Numbered from the stretch's first letter, positions 26,959-38,791 are shown. The stretch: 64,000 bases of DNA from Trichoplax adhaerens (GCF_000150275.1 NW_002060978.1:327611-391610), one strand, 5' to 3'. Made by a program: numbers and translations. Notes: generated by a model not told the origin, from the letters alone.

Positions 26959-28128
26959 ATGGTATCTAATAATGGTAGCAATCTTTCGCATAGCGATTGC
27001 ATGTTATCAGAAGTATTATCCGCTAATCCCAAGTTGGATTTAAAGATTGCTACTGCTGGACAGAAACCTATTGCTGCAATTTTTATCTTGATTGGACTTC
27101 TTGGAATAGCCTTTAATATATCAGTAATCATAACTTTAAGGAAGAAGCCGTTATCTGATCGAGTTCGAGAAAATCTCTCCAATTTATCCTCCTTTAACAC
27201 TTTGCTAACTAATCTAGCTGTAGCAGATCTATTAGCAGCCATTGCTGTTACGCTAATTGGCGTAAAGACTATTTATATTATAGTCGCAGCTGAGGATTCA
27301 TATAACGAAAACAAGAAAGCTCCATCTAATATTAAAGATCTAATCACTGGTTCTAATGGAATCTGTAAGATAAGCTACCTCTTCTTTTTTCTAACAAACT
27401 TCGTGTCCATCCTAACGGCAACTAGCATGGCAGTTGGAAGTTATCGTGGCATCGTCATAGGCAGTATGCGTCGTGCTGGAAGTACCAGATTAAGCCGTAA
27501 AAAAATGGCTTTACTTTTGACAGTAATATGGTGTACGGCTATAGCCAGTTCCATACCTACATATTATATAGTCGAAGTGACACCGGCAGTATATAATCGC
27601 TGTTTCTTTACACATCATTTGCCTAATGGATTTTCTACTTTTAATCTTGCGTTTACTATATTTATAACGGCTATCTTTTACTTCACACCGGCTTTCGTTA
27701 TGATGTTCTGTTACATTCGCATTGATAGAGAGTTAAAGAAACATTCACAACTTAAATTACAAACACTAGCTACAACCAGTTCTACAAGGTTTAGCAACGG
27801 TGCCGAGCAGCAGAAATATCAAAATTCCAATAAAAAGGCCCAGAAGCCAGTTGTTGTGTTATCTATTATCGTAGCAGCAATTTTCTTAATTACAATGTTG
27901 CCGTTTATGGTTTATTTGTGGGTTATAGCTATTAGTAAATGTAATGCGGATGAAATTTTACAAATAGTTTTGGTAGATCGATCCCATTTGTGGATTTTAT
28001 TCGAGGTTGCTCATATTCTTTATGTTATGCCACCGCTGGTTAACCCGATATGCTATTCCTTTTGCATTCCAAGTTTTCAACGAAAATTTAAGGAAATGTG
28101 TGGAGAATTTAACGAGGAAGATTCTTGA
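26959..28128 (+). CDS. Class A orphan GPCR, CNADE subfamily member 4, 389 aa, lacks R3.50
   Basis: NLAVAD, GSY in place of DRY, NRC, CNADE, FEVAH, NPICY. Confidence 0.93.
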   Translation: MVSNNGSNLSHSDCMLSEVLSANPKLDLKIATAGQKPIAAIFILIGLLGIAFNISVIITLRKKPLSDRVRENLSNLSSFNTLLTNLAVADLLAAIAVTLIGVKTIYIIVAAEDSYNENKKAPSNIKDLITGSNGICKISYLFFFLTNFVSILTATSMAVGSYRGIVIGSMRRAGSTRLSRKKMALLLTVIWCTAIASSIPTYYIVEVTPAVYNRCFFTHHLPNGFSTFNLAFTIFITAIFYFTPAFVMMFCYIRIDRELKKHSQLKLQTLATTSSTRFSNGAEQQKYQNSNKKAQKPVVVLSIIVAAIFLITMLPFMVYLWVIAISKCNADEILQIVLVDRSHLWILFEVAHILYVMPPLVNPICYSFCIPSFQRKFKEMCGEFNEEDS

Positions 28129-28747
28129 AAGGTTAGAATAACTAACATGTGTATAAGCAATGAACAGTCAAGATGTTTCACATTCATGCATGTAACGGTC
28201 ACACTACAATCTGCATATGCTAATATTAAAAAAATTAAGCCCTTTTGGTCTAATCCGTTATTATACACTAAAATGAAAGCTTTTCTCAAATTTCGAATAT
28301 GCAATGGTCTATAGGAATAGCTAAAGATCATATCAATTTTTACATTTGCAATACTCTTAGTTTTTTATACTGCTACAGTCCGCAGGAATGGTTATTGGAG
28401 TAACATTACTCTTGTTGATATAAAAGAATAAGGTGCTGGTAGATTGTACCGATTTAAATTCTCTTAAAAGGTGTTACAGTATTACCGTACAGTTAGGATA
28501 GTTTAATAGTACAGTATTAGCTAATACGTATTTGTAGTGCTAGGTAAGATAAGTAATTCCTTAACGTGGATGTTATTTGTGGTAGTTTTTTACATATTTT
28601 ATATTGATTGCTATTATGTGTAGGCAGTAGTAAGATGATTCAAGTTCTAGCTAATGATAATTGATCTATACAACATACATGCTAAGATAAAAATTATGCA
28701 GAAATAAGAGATTAAAAACATCTACTGATAGAAAATCTATGTAAGGA

Positions 28748-29190
28748 TGTCGCGGTACGAACTACCGTGAAGAAATAGCTATCTAAATTTGGTTAATATA
28801 ATATAGTGATAATATATTACATCTAGTTACTTACAATAGGAATTACTCTAATTATAAGTGTGTTACAGTAAATTTTAATGCTGTGTTGTAATGTGTACTG
28901 AAATGATTCTGTGAATGGACATATTGTAGTCCGACTATGAAAAACTAGTTAGTAGATGTTCTCACCTAAGTATTTTTATAAGATGACTTGTGAATGTTAG
29001 CTGCTGTAGAAGGGTACATAAGCCCATCAGATAGTTGAATAAAGCAGTTCTCAATTGTCTAGTTGAGTTTAACGTAGAATATAAGGCTTCTAAATTCTTG
29101 TGAGGTAGTTAAGGGATACTGAATCCCGGAGACTATAGTAAATTAGAGATTTATTTTACGTTATCCTTGTCACGAAGCTGGTTTGTGACA
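28748..29190 (+). mobile_element. Solo-LTR-like element, family B (B2), perfect TSD AAGGA
   Basis: TGTCGC...GTGACA, 443 bp. Flanks aagga/aagga. AATAAA at 29038. Confidence 0.92.
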
Positions 29191-31357
29191 AAGGAACATC
29201 TCAGTTCGATGTAACGCTCCTAGTAAGGTAAAATAATAATACTGTTGTTGTTTATAAATTAGAGGGTTCCTATATAAACGGTAACATTAGAGTTGTGTTG
29301 TACGGTGAAAAGTTGTAGATAATTCTATGATATTAACAGTTCTATCTTTACGATACTTTGCTGTGTATGCTTGACGTTTTGCAGATGAGCAATCAATTCA
29401 TTAGTTAATTATAGACTTTTGCCGTATGTTTCCTTGTCGCAGGGTTTAAATTGTGAGAAAAGGTAATCGAAGATTCACTGTATTCGGGAGCAAGTACTAG
29501 AATGAAAAGAATATCAATGCTATAAAATATCGAACGGAAAAGAAGATCTGGCATTACGGGTAGTATATTTTACTATATTTTTACTATAGAGATTGACTGA
29601 ATAACGATTTCTAGTATTAGTCTACATACAGTACTGTAGTTTCGCACATTACAAAAGTCGCAAATGGTTTGCAGAAATTAATAGTTTCAAGATCGATAGG
29701 GAAAGGAAAAATAGATTTGCATTTATTTGCTTTTTTGCATTGCATTCTAAGATGATGATGACGGAATCTTTTATTAACATGGCAGAACACTTATAACGTC
29801 ATCAAAATCTAGTATAGCTGAGGAGTAAATAGTTATTAAGAATAGCTTTATTGCTATTACTATCTAATAATATTTCATTTAGTGTCTATTTTAAGCAACT
29901 AAAACCTTGATTAAAGATAATCACGTAAGTTGATTCACATTTTCATTTCCAGATACTAAAATTATGATGGTCTTCAGGTAAACCTAAAAACCATCTCTTT
30001 AAGCTATTATTACTGAGCAATGTTATTATTATTGGTTTGATGAATTATTACTGTCATGCTGAATAAATTGTTCTTAAAAAATTTTCATAGCATTTAGAAC
30101 TGTTGTTCTGTATAAATGTAAGCTCCGCATTTGTTTTCAACTAGCATATTGACTCCTTATTCTCAATACTATACTTAATATAATAAATCCAGACTTCAGT
30201 ATTTTGCAAGGTATAATAAGCTTTGTTCTTAAATTTTTTCCCGTATTGGATGAAAGGCTTCGTTTGTAGAAATTTATTATCGGATTATGGTAGCTAAAAA
30301 ATATTATTTAAAGTTCAATACCTCTCTATCTTATTTTCGAAATTTCATTACTGTGAGTAAATCTGTTAATATACGAAGGTGTGATTGTCTCGTAAACACT
30401 GTCTACTTGTGTTATTAAAGACACATATTGCTTAAAATTGACTCATTTTATTGATAGTAAACACAAAGTCATTGTCATATAGCGTTATAAATATTATAAG
30501 TTCCTTAGAGATGGCAATAGGTTAGATTTTAGTATGAAATACAATTTTACAGTAAAGCTTTCACACGCGCTGCCGCATTATAATTCAACGAACAAGAATA
30601 TATTGTTATCTGGAACGCACTATTAAGGAACACCATTTTAAACTGGCTCTACATATATCGGTAAACTACTCTATTTTGTTGAAAGTAAAATAGACACTTA
30701 CCTATGTATATCTATTATCGAAATTAATAACAATAAATTAGCAATAGAAATTGTGGATTAAGCAAATATCAGTGAGAGTGAAGCTAACCAGAACATTATG
30801 CTCTGCTGTTAGCTTATTTACAAAATTTTTCAAACTTGTACATATTGTATTAATTGTAATGATAAAATTTTCTTACTTTTTCATCAATCAAGGTGATACT
30901 ACTTTACAGGTTGGCAGAAATTGAAGGAACCTATTATAAATCGTACTATTAATAGCGCCTACAGTTAAGTGTAACAAATGCATTATTCCTATGCATTAAA
31001 ATGATGTTTCTACGTGGTAAAGAATTGCTTTGGCAACATCTGGCTAACCTGTGCGTGGGCGCTTTTAACAATTAACTTAATAAGCGCGTATTAAACAATA
31101 ATCTAGTGTTACACTACATTATAAAACTAAGGTTTTGCATGCTATTAAAGCATTTCTCACGAATGCAATCTAAGTTGGATTATCTCGAAACGCAAATTTT
31201 CTTTCGATTTTTATTCCTAGAACGCTTGGTGATATTATATTCCAGCTTAAAAGAAATCAGTCCCAATAAATTTTTTACCATTTGATAGAAGATCGCGTCT
31301 AGTTTGCATTCTTTAATGGTACCTATTTAATTTTTTCGCATTTTTTACATTATTGAT

Positions 31358-32452
31358 ATGATGAATAGAACTGTTGCTCCGCTAAATGGCTTTGGAAATG
31401 ATTCCTTAACCGTAATTAATCTATCAACCGATGATGCATTAATCGTAAGTGTATCTTATTTAGTTTTCGCAGCGATCGGTACAATATGCAACTTATTAAC
31501 GTTAATGTTAATTCCAAGATTAAAAAATTTACATAATGACATTCATTGGCTATTTCTAAATTTATCAGTCATTGATTTAACCTGTACAATCCCGTTATTG
31601 GTTTGGATTTCATGGTCACTTAAATCACAAGATAACGTTCCTTTTATGGATTCATTATGCAATATCATTAGCTTTATTACTATGATGAGCTTCTCTGCTA
31701 CATTATTTACCCTAGCAGTGGCCTCAATTGAGGGCTTAACTTCATTTCTGGTTGTTTATTACCTACAAATGAACACGAAAAGATTTTCTACACGATTAAC
31801 CAATATCGCTATTTGGATTATGGCAATATTAATTTCGTTACCCAATTTTGTTATGCACCGTCATCCATCTAGCTCGTTACAGCATTGTCTACTTTTACCA
31901 TTTGGTAATCTTGTTAGTCCGCTTGACCGAATTTACTTTGTTGTTTCAATAGTTTCACTCTATACTGTTTTATTAATTACAACCTTGTATTGCTACAGTA
32001 AGGCTTTCATTATTATGCGTACTAGGATAAGATCTGCGGAACGGACACAATCTTTAGGAATTATTGACTCTCGACGAAGATCAAAGCAAAGCCATATCTT
32101 TGCTTTATTTACGTTAACGATGTTCTTTATCTTAACTACAGCTCCCTGGATGATTCTCATTAGCTATCTTACTTTTACTAATTTAACCATGCAGGTAATT
32201 AATAATCATTTCTCAGTTCACGATTGGATATTAGCACATCTCTTCCGACTTTTATATATATCAACTTGTTCTGGCATTCCAATTATGTATAGCTTGGTTA
32301 ATCCTCTCTTAAAGAGATCATTTTTAACATGTATGGGTAGCAATTGCTGTTGCTGCTGTGAAAGTGAAATTCATAAAGACAATGCACTAGACAATCTGTT
32401 TGAAGAATTACCGCTAACACAGAAAGAGGAAGAAATAAGTGGAGTAGAATAA
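31358..32452 (+). CDS. Class A orphan GPCR, 364 aa, with degenerate DRY and NPxxY motifs and a poly-Cys tail
   Basis: GTICN, NLSVID, TM3 Cys, EGL in place of DRY, TM4 W, ECL2 Cys, IPIMY, C-terminal CCCCC. N-glycosylation sequons in the N-terminus. Confidence 0.92.
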   Translation: MMNRTVAPLNGFGNDSLTVINLSTDDALIVSVSYLVFAAIGTICNLLTLMLIPRLKNLHNDIHWLFLNLSVIDLTCTIPLLVWISWSLKSQDNVPFMDSLCNIISFITMMSFSATLFTLAVASIEGLTSFLVVYYLQMNTKRFSTRLTNIAIWIMAILISLPNFVMHRHPSSSLQHCLLLPFGNLVSPLDRIYFVVSIVSLYTVLLITTLYCYSKAFIIMRTRIRSAERTQSLGIIDSRRRSKQSHIFALFTLTMFFILTTAPWMILISYLTFTNLTMQVINNHFSVHDWILAHLFRLLYISTCSGIPIMYSLVNPLLKRSFLTCMGSNCCCCCESEIHKDNALDNLFEELPLTQKEEEISGVE

Positions 32453-32883
32453 TGCACGATTTATCTTTGACTCGCTTAGCAGAATTCATCATGCTACCAA
32501 GACCAATTTAGCGATCAATTTCTACTTTCATTTCCAGCCGTTACGGATACCGTTGTTAAATTTAAAATTCGAAGAATAGTGCGGATATTTTTAGTTACTA
32601 TGATTTCTATTTACTTGAATTCGAAATTATCTTAAAATTCCTTGTGAACGTTCATTTATTCTGTTTTGAATGTGTAAATCTGTGTATAATATATTACCCT
32701 TTCTTCTAGCTATTGCTGTATAAGTATACACATATGTCCGGCAAAATGTCATACATAACTGATTCAAATTCACTATTAGGGAGGAAACAATCTCTAAATA
32801 TTCCAATAATAGCATTATCTATCATGTAAGAAGATCCTCAATGAAATTGATGACCAGTTAATGCCGTACTAGTTTAGCTGTTT

Positions 32884-33435
32884 TGAAATGTAACTTAGTA
32901 TTGTGATTGTAGACTGTTAGCCATGTTTAGTATAATGTACGGTAGATACTTATCCTAAGAGATATTTGCCAGCCATAACTATAGACTGTAGTGGTATAGA
33001 CTCTATGCTAGAGTACACATGACTATATACAGTAAGGTGTTGAGTTACTAATAAGGTTATAGGTAAAAATAGAACTGTAAATCATATATTAGGATATGGT
33101 TAATTCATTGCACCTTGGCTGGTTTGAATAATGTCTACTTAAATACTGTAGTCGTATTCATATCAGATTAATGATAGTCCGCAGTAGAATAGTGTTACTA
33201 AGAATAATTTAACTATGTGTAAAATAAGGTAAAAGGTTGTCATGCGGATTGTAGCTGGGAATGCTACGAAAAGTATAAAAGCATGCAACTTTAGATTATT
33301 CAGTTAGTTCGTTGTAGAAGTCTTTAGTAGTAGTATTCGGCTAGAGTAGAACTGTGTGTAGTAAATCTTTGCATAAAATTCAATAAAGCCTTTATTTTTC
33401 TAAAATTTGGAATTTCGTGATCGGTATATATCACA
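32884..33435 (+). mobile_element. Solo-LTR-like element, family A (A3), no matching TSD
   Basis: Near-identical to 38241..38791. Flanks tgttt/gctat do not match. Confidence 0.9.
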
Positions 33436-34852
33436 GCTATATATCTTTCATCACGCCCTTGAAATATTATTATTTATTTCGTTGAAAATGACGTATTTAG
33501 TTTAGACATTTTCTATTGGTATAAGTTGAAATGTTAGAAGATAAGTTTAATTGATTTAAGTTAAAGTTAGGCGTGATGTCAAAAGATTTCAAAATATTTG
33601 ATATGAAGCATTCCCTGTAATGATTAGCTATAAAAGAATTTCATTTCTTAAATAAGTCGGATCTTTGGCCAGTGGCTAGATAAAAGTGATCATTACACAG
33701 ATGATATTTAAATAGGTTACTAGTAGCATTTTAGTTGAGGCATTACAAGATAGTTAGCAATATCTTTTACAAATTAGTGAACAATATAGCCAAAAATATT
33801 TGTTGTTGCTTTATCTTTCATTATTTAACCAACCGAAACCGTAAGATTTTGTTGTATTAGCATAAGGTTATTGTATTTTGCCGTATTTTGCGGAGAGAAT
33901 ATACTTTCGTTAAGTAGCTCCCATATCGCCAAAGTACCATAAAAGCTAAAGCATGAACTGAATAAGCATGTAGAGATAGTTTAGTACATAAATCTTGATC
34001 TGTAGTTCTTCTATTAAGATATTTCAGATAAAAATTTGCAAGACTACATTTTTAAAAATTCTGTTAAAATTATTATAAATGTAATTTATTTTTTCTTGAT
34101 ACTTTAGAACGCATAGCTCATATCTACTGCATTGCTCAGTGATAATATTGTAGGTTAGTTCTAGAGATTCAAATAGATGTAAAGTTGCGCTATCACAGTA
34201 AAACTAATCAAGAAATTTCATTTTATTATTCTGTTCTTTTTATTCGCGTTGCTCGTGTTCAATAACTCATATAAATATTGTAACTCGGCAAAAGATCCAT
34301 TAAAGTACGTTACAGAACTTTAGTTCATAATTTCTAGTCAAGTATATCAATTTTTGACCACATAAAAAATATAAATTAATATTAACGATAATTTCTAATG
34401 AACAAAACAAATATTTATGAGTATAGTTCGGCTGAAGATGTGAATTTTTTAAATTATCGCTTGATTATGGAAAATTTCTAATACAGAATATTTAATGCGT
34501 ATGAGTAAAGTTAATTAATTGTCTTCAAGGTCTGCTTAATAGATTTTAATAAAAATAAATTTTAAAACTGTCAAATTTAAAGACATATTAGTTCAAAACA
34601 GTACGGAAGACGAATTTATACCGAAATGATAAGTTGATTAAGTAAAATAATATTTCTACTAACCTCTTCATCAGAGAATAGAAATAAAATATAACCTACC
34701 TCAGTTTAAGATCAGTTTACGTAATCGATAAATTATGATTACTTATTAATTTAATAGATGCTGATATTATTGCTTAACAGTTAATTAAAAGTTTACGAAA
34801 TAATGTGTAAGCTAGGGAACTTTTACGCAAATTATTGATTTTACTTTATTGC

Positions 34853-35483
34853 TGTCACAAAACAGCTTTGCAACAAGATAACGCAATATACGATCAATAA
34901 GTCAATTCCTTGAACCACGTATCAAGGAACGATATCTGCACTATCACAAACACTTTTGCTCTACTAGCAGACTACACAAAAACTCAAACGCCTCGTATTT
35001 TACGTTAAACACTAAGTTGGAGAATTCTCTTTATTTCACGATATACTGCATTTATATACTACTCCTCAATAGTTCATGAGTCATAGTTAATACAATTAAC
35101 ATTAGAATCATTTACTGAATTAGATATTAATTTTAGCTACTGCTCCCTTAATGTAGACAACAGTATTTACGAATATAGACATGTAATGACTAATACAGAA
35201 TAGTCGGATTACGATATGTCCTATCACGGAGCATTTCCATGATAATTTACGGTCTACCATAAGTAAATTACAATCACAATGATTCGAATTGTAAGTAGAT
35301 GATTTGCATTCCCTATTATAACTATTAATTTCAGTATGTGTATAAGTGTCACTGTGATAAAAAGTCAGTGCTATATTAAAACACAGTATATCCAAATTAG
35401 AAGTTAACTAAAATAAGGATAGTCTAACAGAATTATCCTAACATAGATATTTCTACTGTAATACAGTATTTAACACTGTAACA
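34853..35483 (-). mobile_element. Solo-LTR-like element, family D (D1), perfect TSD ATTGC
   Basis: TGTCACA...TGTAACA, 631 bp. Flanks attgc/attgc. Homologous to 47079..47616 (opposite strand) and 55173..56610. Confidence 0.92.
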
Positions 35484-36910
35484 ATTGCGTATACTTTATA
35501 CTTTATATCGGACAAGAATGATCCGCAAGCATCTAGTTTGAAATAGAATATAAATCAAAAGAGCTTTGATATTTAGTAGGAAGTAGTAAGTTAGTAATTA
35601 TCCTATTTACGGTTTCCGATAGCAGTCATTATTTCTCTTCATGTTAAAAATAATTCATCAATTACAAGTGCCATATTTTTAAATATTATTGCAGTAAAAG
35701 TAGGAGAAAGTTACAGGGAACTATTAATTACAGTTCATTACAATGTCTGCTATCTTTAGGATAAAAGATAGCGCTTGTATTTTCTCTTTGATTGCCATGT
35801 TTTGATGTAGCATCGATTCCAACATCAACAGATAAACGATATTTTCATAAAGATAGACAGTAAATAAATATTTTAATAGCCTGAGATCTAATAAACAAAT
35901 TAATTATTTGTAAAATGGCATAACAACATTAATCGATTGCGAGAAGTATATGTCAAATATCTGTATTTGGTTACTTTTCTATCTCTCCACTATCGCCAAT
36001 TTTACGGTTAATAATTAATTAAATAAAATAGTGTATACTTACTAAAAAGCGGGGATTGAATTAAAATGGCATTGAACACTTTAATTAAATTTTTTTTTTA
36101 AATCTGCTGAACTATTAAAAAAGTAGTGCTTTTTCTTGAAATAAACCATTTGATCTGCTTCTTCTTAAACTTAAATTGAATAGTCTCTATGTAGCTATTA
36201 CGTAATTCATCAATACGAAATCTTTTTCTAGGTGCATCGACCATGCTTTACATGTTTGTTTGAATAACTGGTTACATTTATGAAAATATTCAATCTATCA
36301 ATATTAACCTGGCTGCTCATCAAATTAATTGCCTGTATCAAAAGCAGATGAATTTATAGTCCTCTTATTTATGTAGAGTAGTAAAAGTTCCTGTGAAATT
36401 TGATATTAACAACTTAGAAGATATAATGTAAAAATTTAGTCACCAGTAGGCCACAAATATGCATTTAAAATATTAATTTAAGTTGAAAATGAGACATTAG
36501 TTAGGATAACGATAGAAATCTGCTGTTAGTTCTAACTTTTTTATTTATAATGAGCATTTTATAGGCCCCTAGTTAGTATTAATTGCGTTTGTAATTTGAT
36601 AAATGATTATTATATTATAATTTGTAATTTCGGACGATTTCAGAGTTGCATCTATTCAGGGAAATGTTTAATTTGGACCCCGGAGATAGATGTAAATCAA
36701 AGCATTGTCACTTCATTAAAATAGCTCTTAATTAAGATATGTTGATTATGTATCTTTAAAGGTCTATAAATATCGTACATATTCGTAATTACTCTTTGTC
36801 AATTGCAATATCCTCACTGCTATCACATTTGGTTCATAGTCTATTGATCTTACGGTCTTAAACCGACTTAGATTCCTGTATTAGTAAAGCGGTATTATTG
36901 TAATAATACA

Positions 36911-37035
36911 TTTGGGCACAGTCTATCAGCTGTTAGTCTCGGCTGGCAATACTTGGAATAAGATTGAATACTTTACATCACCGTACCATCGTCAGCCATG
37001 GCCTTTTAGCGTATCTTATTCCATGCAAACCGTCT
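36911..37035 (+). repeat. Diverged dispersed repeat, homologous to 50220..50345
   Basis: tttgggcacagtctatcagctg...taccatcgtca...atgcaaacc versus tttgggtaccgtctataaactg...ttccatcatca...atgcagacc; collinear with one 1-bp indel. Confidence 0.7.
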
Positions 37036-38240
37036 CACTGTTATGGAACAAATTTTTAATCTAAGATGGATAATAGGGATACAAACTGTACTTTAAATTG
37101 ATTATTTGTTAACTAGAGATTTACTTACGTAGTTTTATCGACATAGTCAGCCATGAAATTGAATTTCTATTGCTACTAAACAAAATTTAACTGGGTTAGT
37201 TATTAACAAATTTTTATGGAATGCTACTCCAATTTCAAATGTAACATTCATTGGAAAGTTTCGAAGACCAGCTATTGAAATAAGAGCCCTTGCTTATGAG
37301 TTTCTAAATTGCTAACAAGATCAAATGTCTGAGTAACAATAGACTAATAATTTTCTATTGCTTTTAAACTACTACGCGTCCATTTTCCTGGAAGAATTAA
37401 CTATATTAGTATTGTTAAAAAGATAGTAATTTGTACCTTTTAATAAAACACAGGTATAAAAATATATTATTCGCTCAGAAAAATACTGAACTCATAGATT
37501 GAAAAAATGTTGATACGATTATATCAAGTCGCTTATAAGTTAAGTTATTAAGTGTGCATTTCTTGTCACAGTATCACTATTATAGTAAGTTTAATCCTGT
37601 ATCATCTTCCTGAAAATATTCACATTCAATTGTAATATACCGGTTTTAATATAACATTAATTTCCATTGATGACATTTTGATAATGCTTTTGAGATATGT
37701 TAATTTTAGTTTTATTATTAAAATTTTCAACTTAAACTTGTGATTTTCATAATAAGTAAGTTATTAGTGTATCCTTAGCACATTGTGTTAAGTAGTTCCT
37801 TTGTTACCGTAGACTAGACCATTTCGTAGTAGGCGTAGAACTGATGTAACGCCTTATTATAATATGTTATCTTTAAAGAAAAGGTAGAATGTTCGGAAAT
37901 ATAAAATAAAGTATTCGGAACCGTGATCAAATTTGTAAATAAAATACTACCGGTTAAAAGATAATAGTATTAATTTAATTAATTAATAGATTCTCTGATA
38001 TCCTGATGGAGGGAATTGACTCTAAGATCCACACTGCTTCTTTCTAAAGAAAATTTATTAAAAGCCCCCATAATGATCACATCGCGTTAATTAACTTTGT
38101 AAATAGAATGGTAATTAAATTAACCAATTATGGTAACTTTATCCTATAGAAAAATTTAAAATCCATAGGCACAAAACAAGATGTTGAAAAGATTGGTAGC
38201 TGTCATACTAATTTTTAAAGAAATTCCTGTTCTTGATAAT

Positions 38241-38791
38241 TGTAATGTAACTAGTATTGTGATTGTAGACTGTTAGCCTTGTTTAGTATAATGTACGGTA
38301 GATACTTATCCTAAGAGATATTTGCCAGTCATAACTATAGACTGTAGTGGTATAGACTCTATGCTAGAGTACACATGACTATATACAGTAAGGTGTTGAG
38401 TTACTAATAAGGTTATAGGTAAAAATAGAACTGTAAATCATATATTAGGATATGGTTAATTCATTGCACCTTGGCTGGTTTGAATAATGTCTACTTAAAT
38501 ACTGTAGTCGTATTCATATCAGATTAATGATAGTCCGCAGTAGAATAGTGTTACTAAGAATAATTTAACTATGTGTAAAATAAGGTAAAAGGTTGTCATG
38601 CGGATTGTAGCTGGGAATGCTACGAAAAGTATAAAAGCATGCAACTTTAGATTATTCAGTTAGTTCGTTGTAGAAGTCTTTAGTAGTAGTATTCGGCTAG
38701 AGTAGAACTGTGTGTAGTAAATCTTTGCATAAAATTCAATAAAGCCTTTATTTTTCTAAAATTTGGAATTTCATGATCGATATATATCACA
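38241..38791 (+). mobile_element. Solo-LTR-like element, family A (A4), perfect TSD ATAAT
   Basis: TGTAAT...ATCACA, 551 bp. Flanks ataat/ataat. TATAAAA at 38630 and AATAAA at 38738. Confidence 0.92.

Noticed and set aside
26943-27242. Antisense ORFs overlapping GPCR genes (also 28077..28331, 32298..32492, 61949..62212)
   Set aside because: Shadow ORFs of real coding sequence with no recognisable motifs.
29210-29440. Further LTR candidate starting TGTAACG with a TATATAAA box
   Set aside because: No matching right TSD and no second copy in the window.
32884-38791. Full-length LTR retrotransposon bounded by A3 and A4
   Set aside because: The outer flanks do not form a TSD, A4 has its own TSD, and there is no primer-binding site, polypurine tract or gag/pol ORF inside.
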